Origin: a virus | Virus record (IMG/VR): IMGVR_UViG_3300032103_000002 | Coordinates: 1 to 35,740 of that record | Reading direction: 5' to 3' (one strand) | DNA length: 35,740 nt | In this document: piece by piece, positions 16,287 to 24,972 of the stretch | How the letters are laid out: each line of letters begins with the position of its first letter | Numbering within the stretch: position 1 is the first letter of the stretch | The notes under the pieces: generated by a model | Databases searched by the model: none | Told to the model about the DNA's origin: nothing | The model's input: only the letters and a program-made list of their open reading frames with translations | Made by a program: the position numbers and the translations under genes

Positions 16287-16703
16287 TCTAATCATCCAAA
16301 CAAACTTAGCAATAGCCAATATGCGATCTTGTGCGTAGTTGGCTATTTCTTTATGTTCTTCTTCGTCTGCTACTTCCATCAATTCTTCATAGAAACCCTT
16401 GAGCGTTTCTAAATCGTCCTCAACACCTGCTAACAAGTCCATGCTGTCGCCTTCAAAGATAGCAGTGCTGATTGTGCTTTCGTTTAATACAAACTGAATC
16501 TCTGTAGGCATTTGCCCGTCTAGTGTGCGTATCAATTCTGCAATAGCATCAATCTGTTCTTGTAAATCTTCATAGATACTACCAAGTAATGCGTGATCGC
16601 TGGCAAAGTTTCTACCAGTGATATTGACATGTGCTAGATGACTGCGATAGTAGGCAGTAAAGTTGTTATAAAAAACTTGTAGTAGTTGGTCTAATGTGTT
16701 CAT
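16272..16703 (-). CDS. dps: Dps-like (DNA protection during starvation) mini-ferritin (143 aa)
   Basis: AHVNITGRNFASDHALLGSIYEDLQEQIDAIAELIRTLDG aligns by eye with E. coli Dps AHWNMRGANFIAVHEML...HLDTMAERAVQLGG. H25, H37, D52 and E56 reproduce the H-x11-H-x14-D-x3-E spacing of ferroxidase ligands H51/H63/D78/E82. The C-terminus FVWMIRSTLE compares with FLWFIESNIE. Confidence 0.8.
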   Translation of the reverse strand: MNTLDQLLQVFYNNFTAYYRSHLAHVNITGRNFASDHALLGSIYEDLQEQIDAIAELIRTLDGQMPTEIQFVLNESTISTAIFEGDSMDLLAGVEDDLETLKGFYEELMEVADEEEHKEIANYAQDRILAIAKFVWMIRSTLE

Positions 16704-16707
16704 ATTA

Positions 16708-19143
16708 TTACTTACCTTTGATTAAATCTATTTTGTCTTGCCATGATTGCAATAACGCATCCCAGTCTTGTGATTGCACTGCTTTCATTTTTTCTTTGGT
16801 TGCAGGTTTTGCATGTTTAATTGCATCTTCGTGAAACATTGTGTAACCAATGTCATTTTTTTCAATAACAGCCCAACCATTTTCATCTTTAGTAGCAATC
16901 GTAGCAACTCTGTCACCATTCTTGTCAATAGTATAGATATCTGCGTAGTCAATTACACCATCAGGTGCTCGTTGTAAATCATACTTAATACCGTTAACAT
17001 GGTCAAAAACATCATGTTGTATTTCACCAGTTTTTAAATGTTTTCTAATTAGATAGCCAGTGCCATCAGGAAATTGTGCGGCTGTAGAGTCGATACCACT
17101 ATCAACTGCACGAATAATGCTGCCATTTTCTGTTTTAGTCTTGGCGATAAAGTCTTTCCCAGGATTTAGACCAAGATCATGCATAAAACTTTGTTGTGCA
17201 AAATCTTCACCTGTTAGCCACTCTGCATTTTTAATTTTAGTGATAGCATCAGGGCTGTCAGTAATCATTTCCATAGCACCAGGCGGTGGAGTTTTCTTCT
17301 TGTTCATCAACGCTTCTAACCTAGCACGAGTAGCATCATCCATCGCTGTTTGTTCGGGAGTTGCCATTTTTGCTTTTAGAGATTCTGTTGATATAACTTC
17401 TGTGGGCGCAACTGGACCAGCCACTTGTGTTCCGCGACTCTTGGCTAATTGTCGTTCTACTGTTGCTTGTTGTGCTGCTCGTTCTTCAGGAGTTAATGCA
17501 GCATCTAGTTCACGGAGTGTATCTTCTTGACGAGTATACTTACGCTTTTCTTTAACTGGTGTAGCAGGCGTTGTAGGAGTTTCAACATCAACCATTGGTC
17601 GTGCTCGTAATACTTCCTGAACACGGGCTTCAAACTCATCACCTGTTTCGCCAGGACGACGAGGCAGTTTGCCGCGAACTTCCGAGGCAGTCATTGGGCG
17701 TTGTGCTACAGGCGTAGGAGTTTCTGCTATTGGAGCAACAGGCGTTGTTGTAACTATAGGTGCAGGTTGTTCTGCCACTGGCGCTACAGGCGCAGAGGTT
17801 TCTACCGCTGGCGCTGCTTGTTGTGCTCGTTGTTGTTCTATTTGTTGTGCTACTCGCAACTTATTGGCTTCACTAATTGCTGCTCGTTCTGCTGCTTGTT
17901 GTACTGCTAATTGTTCTGCTGTAGGTCCGACATTGAATTGTGGTCTTGCTGCTTGCGAATTAGCAACATCAATTTGATACGGTAAGTTATAAGTCTCGCC
18001 TTCAATATTGACTCGTCTTCCTGGTCCTGGCATTGGCATAGCAGTTTGACCTGCTGGAGTATAACCTAATTGTGGAACTACTGGACCTGCGACTGGACTT
18101 GTCGTTGGTGTTGCCAACGAGTAATTGCCTAATGAACTTGGATGTTCAGCACCAGATTTCAGTGCTGCTAATTCTTCAGGGTATAATGGGCTAAAACCGT
18201 ATTTGCTTAATTCACTTGCACCCTGTGCTTTTTTACCTGCTTGATAACCTTTATAACCCAAACGAGCCATAGTAGGTATTGGACTGCCAGTTAAAACATC
18301 TAACCCAATATCAGTTAATAGGTTTAATGGGTTACTATAAATTTCACCGAGTTGTTCACCAAATGCTCTGGCACCTTGACCAGCATAAGGAATATTTCCT
18401 TGTGTTGATTGTAATGCTGCGGCAGGCAATTCTGTGCTAGGACGCATGTTTGCCTGTGCTTCTGGAGTGGAAATTTCTCCTGCTCTCCATGCTCGTAGTT
18501 GTTCCGCTGGTAAAAATTCTGGACCAACAGGCACACGACTACTAGGTTGTTGCCATACTTCAGGAGCAACACCTGGTTTTGCAATCTTACCTGTGGCTGC
18601 TCCATACGCACCTTTAGCAACATCTGGAATAGCAGCAATAACTTTTGGAGTTGCAGCAACTGCTCGACCAATTGGTGCAGTTGCACGACCAGCCACAGGT
18701 GCAACACCCATAGCCAAACTGTTTAACATGTTACCTACATCTTGTTCTGAAATACCAGTCGCTTGTGCTGTAGGTTGAATGACATTCTCACCCAACGTTT
18801 CACCGACCCAACCGCCAAGTTGACGCAATGGTGCTTGCTCATATCCAGGAGTTCCTGTTACACCAAATAATCTACCAACTACATCTTTAGGACTTGTTGT
18901 TTCTGCTTGGGCTTGTTCTGGTGTTCTGCCTGCTGAACGAGCAAGAGCATAAGCACCCCAATCTAATGTTCCAGTGGCTGCATTTAAGGCTGAGTCTGCT
19001 AAACTGGCAGCACTACGCCCAAAAGTCTGCATAGCAGTTTCTGGTTGTGGTGCGGGTTGTGTTTTAGCAAGATAAGCGTCAGGGTCAAAGCCCCCGCGCT
19101 TTTCCTTTTTCGCAAGGTATGCATCTGGATCAAATTCTGCCAT
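16708..19143 (-). CDS. Internal virion / ejection-type protein (811 aa)
   Basis: Large ORF in the block after the LT-domain protein. It has an N-terminal tandem FDPDAYLAK duplication, a long A/P/Q-rich linker and a globular C-terminal domain of unknown function. Confidence 0.5.
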   Translation of the reverse strand: MAEFDPDAYLAKKEKRGGFDPDAYLAKTQPAPQPETAMQTFGRSAASLADSALNAATGTLDWGAYALARSAGRTPEQAQAETTSPKDVVGRLFGVTGTPGYEQAPLRQLGGWVGETLGENVIQPTAQATGISEQDVGNMLNSLAMGVAPVAGRATAPIGRAVAATPKVIAAIPDVAKGAYGAATGKIAKPGVAPEVWQQPSSRVPVGPEFLPAEQLRAWRAGEISTPEAQANMRPSTELPAAALQSTQGNIPYAGQGARAFGEQLGEIYSNPLNLLTDIGLDVLTGSPIPTMARLGYKGYQAGKKAQGASELSKYGFSPLYPEELAALKSGAEHPSSLGNYSLATPTTSPVAGPVVPQLGYTPAGQTAMPMPGPGRRVNIEGETYNLPYQIDVANSQAARPQFNVGPTAEQLAVQQAAERAAISEANKLRVAQQIEQQRAQQAAPAVETSAPVAPVAEQPAPIVTTTPVAPIAETPTPVAQRPMTASEVRGKLPRRPGETGDEFEARVQEVLRARPMVDVETPTTPATPVKEKRKYTRQEDTLRELDAALTPEERAAQQATVERQLAKSRGTQVAGPVAPTEVISTESLKAKMATPEQTAMDDATRARLEALMNKKKTPPPGAMEMITDSPDAITKIKNAEWLTGEDFAQQSFMHDLGLNPGKDFIAKTKTENGSIIRAVDSGIDSTAAQFPDGTGYLIRKHLKTGEIQHDVFDHVNGIKYDLQRAPDGVIDYADIYTIDKNGDRVATIATKDENGWAVIEKNDIGYTMFHEDAIKHAKPATKEKMKAVQSQDWDALLQSWQDKIDLIKGK

Positions 19144-19145
19144 TA

Positions 19146-21452
19146 TTATAGTCCTAGTCGTCGCTTAATTTCTGCTGCTCTTGGGTCATCAGGATTGTTT
19201 CTTACCCATTCAAGTGCTTTGCGATCTTCAGCACTCATTGGTTTAGCCTTGCCTTCACGCTTTTCTGCGGAGATTTCAGTTTCAGGCTTAACACCATACT
19301 TAGGTTCTTGACCAAGTTTCGCACGGTTTCTGTCAACGCTGCGTTTCACAGTGTTCATAAAGTCATCAGCGGCTGCTTTAAACTCTTTCTCGCTTTGGCT
19401 GGTTTTCATGCGTGTCAACGCTTCAGTAGCAGCCTTACCTTCTGCTTCTGTGATCTGTCCACCACCTCGTAATGTTTCAAACGCTTGCAAGAAGGTTTGA
19501 CCTTTAACTTCACTGAATCTACTATACCAGTCTGCTTTATCAGTGCCTGGAATATGTTGGAAATATGGTTGCACAGTTGCACCAACACTAACGCTAAATC
19601 CAGGATGTGTAATAAGTTCGTCCATCTTAGCCAGTAAGTAATCGCTAGTCTGTTCGTTCTTTGTTTGGTTGGCTTGCACTTTTGCTAAATCTTCAGCAGT
19701 GTCTGTAGCAAACTTCTTCTGTCCTGCTGCGGCACTTTCCATTTGCGGACCTGTTGGGCGACCACCCATACCTGCTCCTGCTTGTGCAACTTGTGCGGGT
19801 GCTGTTGGCATTCTTGGTGCTGCTGCTACGCCACCTGCTGCTTGTGGTGCTGCGGCTGCTTGAGTAGGAGCAACTGGACCTGCTGCCTGTGGTGCTTGTC
19901 CTGCTGGTGCTGCTGTGCCTCCACCGATTTGCGGAACATTAATACCAACTTCTGCTGGTTGAACAGCAGGGTAACCGTTTTGAACCAACATTTGATTATA
20001 TGGGCGAAGAATCTGCATCTGTTCCTCAACACCTTTACCTTGTAGTTTGATGTTAAGGTCTTGGATTGCACGACTACGCATATCAGCCAATGTGCCAGTG
20101 CTGCTTTGCGGACGGAAACCACTCATAGGCTTCATACCTGCGTCAGTTTGGATATAACTTCTGCCAGTGTTCTTGTCTGTTACAACTCTGCCAACTTCAC
20201 CAGTCTTGTCGTTAACATAGGTGCCACCAACGATGTCCAGATTACGCTTACCACCTGTCATGTATGCTGGTAAACTTTCTGCACTTAGTTCTGTGCCTTT
20301 TGAGTCATAACCTTTTAATGGTAAGCCCTTAGCGTTGACTTGAATTAATGCTGCATTACCTTGTGCGTCATAGCCTTGTGTCCACTTATTACCAAAGCCT
20401 AGTTTAACTGCTTCTTCACCAGCCAGTTGCGGACTGATAAAACCTAACAGAATCATCTTTAACCATGATCCATCTTGATTTTGTAATTCTCTGGCGATTG
20501 TATTGCTAGCCTTGCGATCACCTTGTGCGGCTGCTGTTAGTAATGACTTTGCCTGATCTGCACCTTGCTTTTGTTGAATCTCTGTGCTCATTAATTCATA
20601 TGCACGAGCACCAGCACGCTCACGAATCCAGGCAGGAGCCTTTTCATCGTTGCGTAGTGCCAATAACTTCATTGGGTCATCTTGTGCTGTTTGATATGCT
20701 TCAATACCAGTAGTGCTAGTTGGTGCTGCTTGACTAGGTTGTGCTTGAGCCTGACCAGTGACGATAGCCATTTGCTGTTGAGCACGAGTTTGTTGAGGTT
20801 GAGCCTGTGCAGGTGCTTGAGGTAGTGTTCCAGCCTCAGCACTTGGAATTAGATTGTTGAATACTTTACCAAGATACTGCATTGTTTCTTTAGGCAAGTA
20901 ATCAGTCCATGATCCACCAGTTTGTTGAGCCTGTGCTTCTGCTTGTTGAACACGACCAGGACCAGCGTTATATGCTGCGGCTGCTTTTTGCTCATCACCG
21001 CCAAATTGTTTTAACATGGCTTGGTGATATTCTTGTCCTACACGGTTGTATTCTTCAGGAGTTTGAGCCTGTGCGGGGCGAACACCAAAACCTGGTTGTG
21101 CAGCCGTTTGAGGCATTACCTGTGCAGCAAACAAGGCACCTTTTGGGCTTGTTACTGGTTGTCCTTGTGCTGTAAAATCTCTACCGCCACTTTCTACCTG
21201 AACCATTCGTTGGAATGTTTCTGGACTGACAGGTTGAGCAACAGGCATTTGTTGAACAGGCTTAATGGCAACTGGCTGAATGGCTGGAGCCATTTCTTCA
21301 GTTGTAGTTCGTTCTACAGTGCCATCACCGTATGTTGTAATTTCTTGTGTGCTTACCGTGCGATTAGCAAGTTCTTCTTCACGCTTTCTGCGTTCTTCTT
21401 CTGTTTCCCAGTCGCCAAGGTAATTACCTAATTGATCGTATTGTGCTGCCAT
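19146..21452 (-). CDS. Internal virion protein with a lytic transglycosylase (SLT) domain (768 aa)
   Basis: QRMVQVESGGRDF...AAQVMPQTA...AAAYNAGPGRV carries the catalytic E-S-G and AYNAG signatures of family-1 soluble lytic transglycosylases. This is analogous to the N-terminal domain of T7 gp16. Confidence 0.8.
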   Translation of the reverse strand: MAAQYDQLGNYLGDWETEEERRKREEELANRTVSTQEITTYGDGTVERTTTEEMAPAIQPVAIKPVQQMPVAQPVSPETFQRMVQVESGGRDFTAQGQPVTSPKGALFAAQVMPQTAAQPGFGVRPAQAQTPEEYNRVGQEYHQAMLKQFGGDEQKAAAAYNAGPGRVQQAEAQAQQTGGSWTDYLPKETMQYLGKVFNNLIPSAEAGTLPQAPAQAQPQQTRAQQQMAIVTGQAQAQPSQAAPTSTTGIEAYQTAQDDPMKLLALRNDEKAPAWIRERAGARAYELMSTEIQQKQGADQAKSLLTAAAQGDRKASNTIARELQNQDGSWLKMILLGFISPQLAGEEAVKLGFGNKWTQGYDAQGNAALIQVNAKGLPLKGYDSKGTELSAESLPAYMTGGKRNLDIVGGTYVNDKTGEVGRVVTDKNTGRSYIQTDAGMKPMSGFRPQSSTGTLADMRSRAIQDLNIKLQGKGVEEQMQILRPYNQMLVQNGYPAVQPAEVGINVPQIGGGTAAPAGQAPQAAGPVAPTQAAAAPQAAGGVAAAPRMPTAPAQVAQAGAGMGGRPTGPQMESAAAGQKKFATDTAEDLAKVQANQTKNEQTSDYLLAKMDELITHPGFSVSVGATVQPYFQHIPGTDKADWYSRFSEVKGQTFLQAFETLRGGGQITEAEGKAATEALTRMKTSQSEKEFKAAADDFMNTVKRSVDRNRAKLGQEPKYGVKPETEISAEKREGKAKPMSAEDRKALEWVRNNPDDPRAAEIKRRLGL

Positions 21453-21461
21453 CGTTAATCC

Positions 21462-22187
21462 TTAGAAACTGATACCTTTAAAGTCTAAACCAAACTTATT
21501 CCCTTCAGCAGTAGAACCTTGTGTTCCACGGAAGTCAGGATTGTATGCAGCAGCAGGTGTTCCAAAGATAACACTAGCATATTGGTTGTATAACTGTTGC
21601 GGTGTCATTGCTGCACTTACAGCGTTGCCTGCGGCTCCTAACGCTTGACCTAAGTTGCCACTACCAAGTTGTGCTAGTGTGCTGCCTACGCCTGCTCGTT
21701 GTGCTGCGATATCACGCTGAACCTGTGCGGCTGTTTGCATTTGTGCTGCTTGAGTTGCACCAGCAAGTTGACGGTCTGCAAGTGCTTGTCTGGCTGAACC
21801 TAATTGACCTGCTCCACCGAATGTAGCACCTTGATTTGCCACATTCTGCAAGTATTGTGCTTGAGCAGGTGCTAAGGCTGCTGATATTTGATTGGCTTCA
21901 TAGTTAGGATCAAATAGACTTTGTAATCCTGCTACACCTGTGCGTAATGCACTTTCACCAGTCTCACCTAAACTTTGTTGAACTTGTCTAGCAACACCTG
22001 CTTGGTTTTGTGCAGCATTAAGCAAACCAGGAGCACTCCAGTTGTAAATGTCTGTTGCACCTTTAACCGCTGTTTCATAGGTTGGTTTAATTGTGCCAGT
22101 GAAGAAATCAGTTTGTGCTGCAATCTGATCTTTCTGTTCTTGTGTTAGTGTTGGCGTTGTTGTGGTTGAACTCTTACCGAAACTCAT
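21462..22187 (-). CDS. Internal virion-type protein (241 aa), A/Q/G-rich
   Basis: Position between two ejection-type proteins. Low-complexity helical A/Q-rich sequence. Confidence 0.4.
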   Translation of the reverse strand: MSFGKSSTTTTPTLTQEQKDQIAAQTDFFTGTIKPTYETAVKGATDIYNWSAPGLLNAAQNQAGVARQVQQSLGETGESALRTGVAGLQSLFDPNYEANQISAALAPAQAQYLQNVANQGATFGGAGQLGSARQALADRQLAGATQAAQMQTAAQVQRDIAAQRAGVGSTLAQLGSGNLGQALGAAGNAVSAAMTPQQLYNQYASVIFGTPAAAYNPDFRGTQGSTAEGNKFGLDFKGISF

Positions 22188-22232
22188 AATATGTTTCCTT
22201 TGTTTTTAATATTTAGCCTAATACTTTTTGAG

Positions 22233-24053
22233 TTAGGCTGGGACCACTGGTGCAACTACCTGTTGAGTTTGCGGTAAAGCAGTGGCTGTTGTTGTATATG
22301 GCTGTGTCTGTAATTGTTGTATTACAGGCTGTTGAACTCTTGTTGCCACTGGTAATGGAGCACGATTTAAGTTACCACCTTGTGCTACTCTTGTTAGTTC
22401 AGCAGGTGTAAGTGGTCGTGCAATATTCTGTTGACCCCACGGTGTTTGTGGTGCTCCATAACTTTGGTTATACAAGTTGGCATCAAATGTAGGACCAGCC
22501 TGGAATGGATGACTGCCCCAATAGAATTGGCTCTGTGCTGGACTTGTTGTGTTATAGAATGGTGTAGGTGCAATCCATCCTGGGTTTAAACCTGGAGGTA
22601 AGTTAATGCCTTGGATCGGACCACCTTGACCTGGAGTTCTTGTAGTTCCATCAGTGCCATCTGTTTCATCTCCTGGAATAATAACAGGGAATACTGGAGT
22701 TACAACTGTTGGGACTCCGCCTGGAGTTACTGGCAAGTCTGGTGTGCCTGTTAATGTTGGACCACTATCAGGAGTTACTGGCAAGTCTGGTGTGCCTGTT
22801 AGTTTTACATCGCCTAAGTCAGCAGTTGCTCCACCTGTTGCACTGCCAGAGTATGTTCCACCAGCGTGAGTTGTAACATTACCGTTGCTGTCTGCAACTA
22901 CACTGCTACCATCAGGATTGATAGACATCCATGATCCGTCATCAAACTGGTATGTTGTTGCTCCACCTTCACTGATATAACTTGTTCCACCACCTGTGTT
23001 GAAACTTCCACCAAATGCGTCTGTATAACTTGTAGAACCGTTAGGATTGATTGTGAAACTTGAACCATCATCAAATCTGTAAACATCTGGACCAGTGTAA
23101 GCAGGAGTTGAAGGTTGCATGATAACCTCTCCAGGCAATGGACCAGTAGAGCCTGTAGGCGGTTCACCGAATGCACCAAAGTCTACATCAGTAGGTTGGA
23201 ATGTGGTAAAATCACCAACTTCCCAAGCGTTGGCTGCTGGGTTCCATCGTGCGATACCTGCATCAATTTGTTCAACGGTTGCTAACTGCATACCAAAAGT
23301 CATTTGAGTTGGGTCAGCATATTGAGGTGCGTCTGCTGTTCCTGCGGCACCAGACATTTCAACACGGAATACACCATCATCTGCTAGACTGTTAATCAAG
23401 CGTGGATCAATGTTTCTCATTAAGTTAGCAGTTTGTTCAGCATCAAGAATGTTCAGTGCTTCTGTGCCATTACCGCTGACTAAACGCATTTGTTGAGTTG
23501 CAGCATCCCATTCATAAACTGGAGCAAGACCGCCATCAGTTGCTGGACTGACTTGTAAGATATCACCATTGCTGTTATATCTGATTACACTGCCATCATC
23601 GTTAGTTCTGGTAAATGTTCCATCTTGGTTGTTGATCTGTCCAGAAATATATCCTGCACCAGCACCTAATGCTCCTCCAGTTAGAGCACCTTTAATAATA
23701 TTGTTACCTGTTAATGCTGCTGAAGTTGCACCCGCTGCTGCACCGCCTGCTGCACCTGCAAGAACTGATCCTGCACCTGCGTTGGCTGCTGCTTGACCTG
23801 CAACACCACCTACATAACCTGTAGCACCACCTAGTAATGCTCCTTCAAGAATGTTTCCATCGTTGGCTGCTGCGTTGGCTGCTCCACCTAAAGCACCAGC
23901 ATAGACTGGAGGGATACCTAGAGCCATACCACCGACACTGACGATAGCACCAATAGGATTATCAACGACTGCTTCTACAGTGTCGCCAATAAAATCACCA
24001 ACATCTTCAATAACATCACCGATGCCTTCGACAATATCGCTAATAAAGCCCAT
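22233..24053 (-). CDS. Internal virion / membrane-channel-type protein (606 aa) with a glycine-zipper N-terminal region
   Basis: About 140 aa of G/A-rich hydrophobic sequence (GGMALGIPPVYAGALGGAANAA...GALTGGALGAGAGYISG). It also has repeated xFDDGSxxxINPxGS units, a duplicated LTGTPDLPVTP segment and a P/Q-rich C-terminus. Confidence 0.5.
   Translation of the reverse strand: MGFISDIVEGIGDVIEDVGDFIGDTVEAVVDNPIGAIVSVGGMALGIPPVYAGALGGAANAAANDGNILEGALLGGATGYVGGVAGQAAANAGAGSVLAGAAGGAAAGATSAALTGNNIIKGALTGGALGAGAGYISGQINNQDGTFTRTNDDGSVIRYNSNGDILQVSPATDGGLAPVYEWDAATQQMRLVSGNGTEALNILDAEQTANLMRNIDPRLINSLADDGVFRVEMSGAAGTADAPQYADPTQMTFGMQLATVEQIDAGIARWNPAANAWEVGDFTTFQPTDVDFGAFGEPPTGSTGPLPGEVIMQPSTPAYTGPDVYRFDDGSSFTINPNGSTSYTDAFGGSFNTGGGTSYISEGGATTYQFDDGSWMSINPDGSSVVADSNGNVTTHAGGTYSGSATGGATADLGDVKLTGTPDLPVTPDSGPTLTGTPDLPVTPGGVPTVVTPVFPVIIPGDETDGTDGTTRTPGQGGPIQGINLPPGLNPGWIAPTPFYNTTSPAQSQFYWGSHPFQAGPTFDANLYNQSYGAPQTPWGQQNIARPLTPAELTRVAQGGNLNRAPLPVATRVQQPVIQQLQTQPYTTTATALPQTQQVVAPVVPA
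22723..22801 (-). repeat. Perfect 31-nt direct repeat with a 48-nt period (22723-22753 and 22771-22801)
   Basis: ggagttactggcaagtctggtgtgcctgtta occurs twice. It encodes the duplicated (L)TGTPDLPVTP(D/G). Confidence 0.9.
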
Positions 24054-24087
24054 ATTCGTTTTCCTTAATAATATCTGTATTTAGGGA

Positions 24088-24972
24088 TTATTGCTTGACC
24101 ACTTGAGCACTTAGACTTCGCTGACTGAACACACAGTTGGTAACTATATTGCCGCCTGTATTGTCAATGAATCTAATCTCCATGATATACCAATAATATC
24201 CAGGACCAGGACTATCTATAATACTGGTGAAAATTGTTTCCTTCTCAAATGAAGGACTTGGCAATGCTGTGCTTTCTAGATAACTCTTATATGCTACTTG
24301 ACCATCCAAGTTAAATCTGTAATCAGGATTAACTGGGTCAAAGTTTGTAAATGCTTTATAACGGTTGATAGCAACTTCATAATAAACGCTGCCAACATAT
24401 GCAGGATCAAACCAGATAGTATTGTTCAACTGGCTGCTGATAACCACACGATCAAGCGGACTGGTAACTGTAACCTTGGCATTACAATCTGTTGACAACA
24501 ATGTGTTCATACTGTCTAATCCAACTGTTCCTCCAGTGCTGTTAGCCACTACTGGATAACTGCCTTCTGTTCTGGCAACAACATAAGTTGTAGTGCATTC
24601 AATAACACCGATAGGGCTATAAGTGCCATCATAGTAAGGATCAGTAACACCTGTGACTGTGATAGGTTGACCTAATACAAATGGTGCATTAACTAATGGC
24701 ACCGCGAAGTTAAACTTCCAAGTGCGTTCATCTAGCATCTCACTGGTGCCTAATGCTATTGGAGCAACATAGATTGAGATGGTAGGAATACCTGGAAGAT
24801 TATAGTTCTGGATAGTGAACGGTGGACGATAGTTGCCTGTTAGGTCATACTGCGTGCCATCACCACTGCTGCTAAAGCCTGCAAAGTTTTGACCAAGCCC
24901 TCCTGGACCGCTGAGAACATAGTTAAGACCATCAATAATACCTTGTTGGTCACTGACTGGAAATTGTGCCAT
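24088..24972 (-). CDS. Virion structural protein (294 aa), possibly a tail-tube or adaptor component
   Basis: Abuts the 647-aa structural ORF with no gap and lies just upstream of the ejection proteins. N-terminus GLNYVLSGPGGLGQNFAGF. Assignment is by synteny only. Confidence 0.35.
   Translation of the reverse strand: MAQFPVSDQQGIIDGLNYVLSGPGGLGQNFAGFSSSGDGTQYDLTGNYRPPFTIQNYNLPGIPTISIYVAPIALGTSEMLDERTWKFNFAVPLVNAPFVLGQPITVTGVTDPYYDGTYSPIGVIECTTTYVVARTEGSYPVVANSTGGTVGLDSMNTLLSTDCNAKVTVTSPLDRVVISSQLNNTIWFDPAYVGSVYYEVAINRYKAFTNFDPVNPDYRFNLDGQVAYKSYLESTALPSPSFEKETIFTSIIDSPGPGYYWYIMEIRFIDNTGGNIVTNCVFSQRSLSAQVVKQ

Noticed and set aside
17060-23796. Nested or alternate-frame ORFs within the large internal-protein genes (for example 17060-17530, 17669-17977, 18324-18707, 18434-18778, 19669-20122, 20909-21431, 22654-22869, 22898-23179, 23569-23796)
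   Set aside because: All are embedded in longer ORFs that carry recognisable motifs or a coherent operon context. Their products are C/L/R- or A/P-rich composition artefacts of A/Q/G-rich coding regions.
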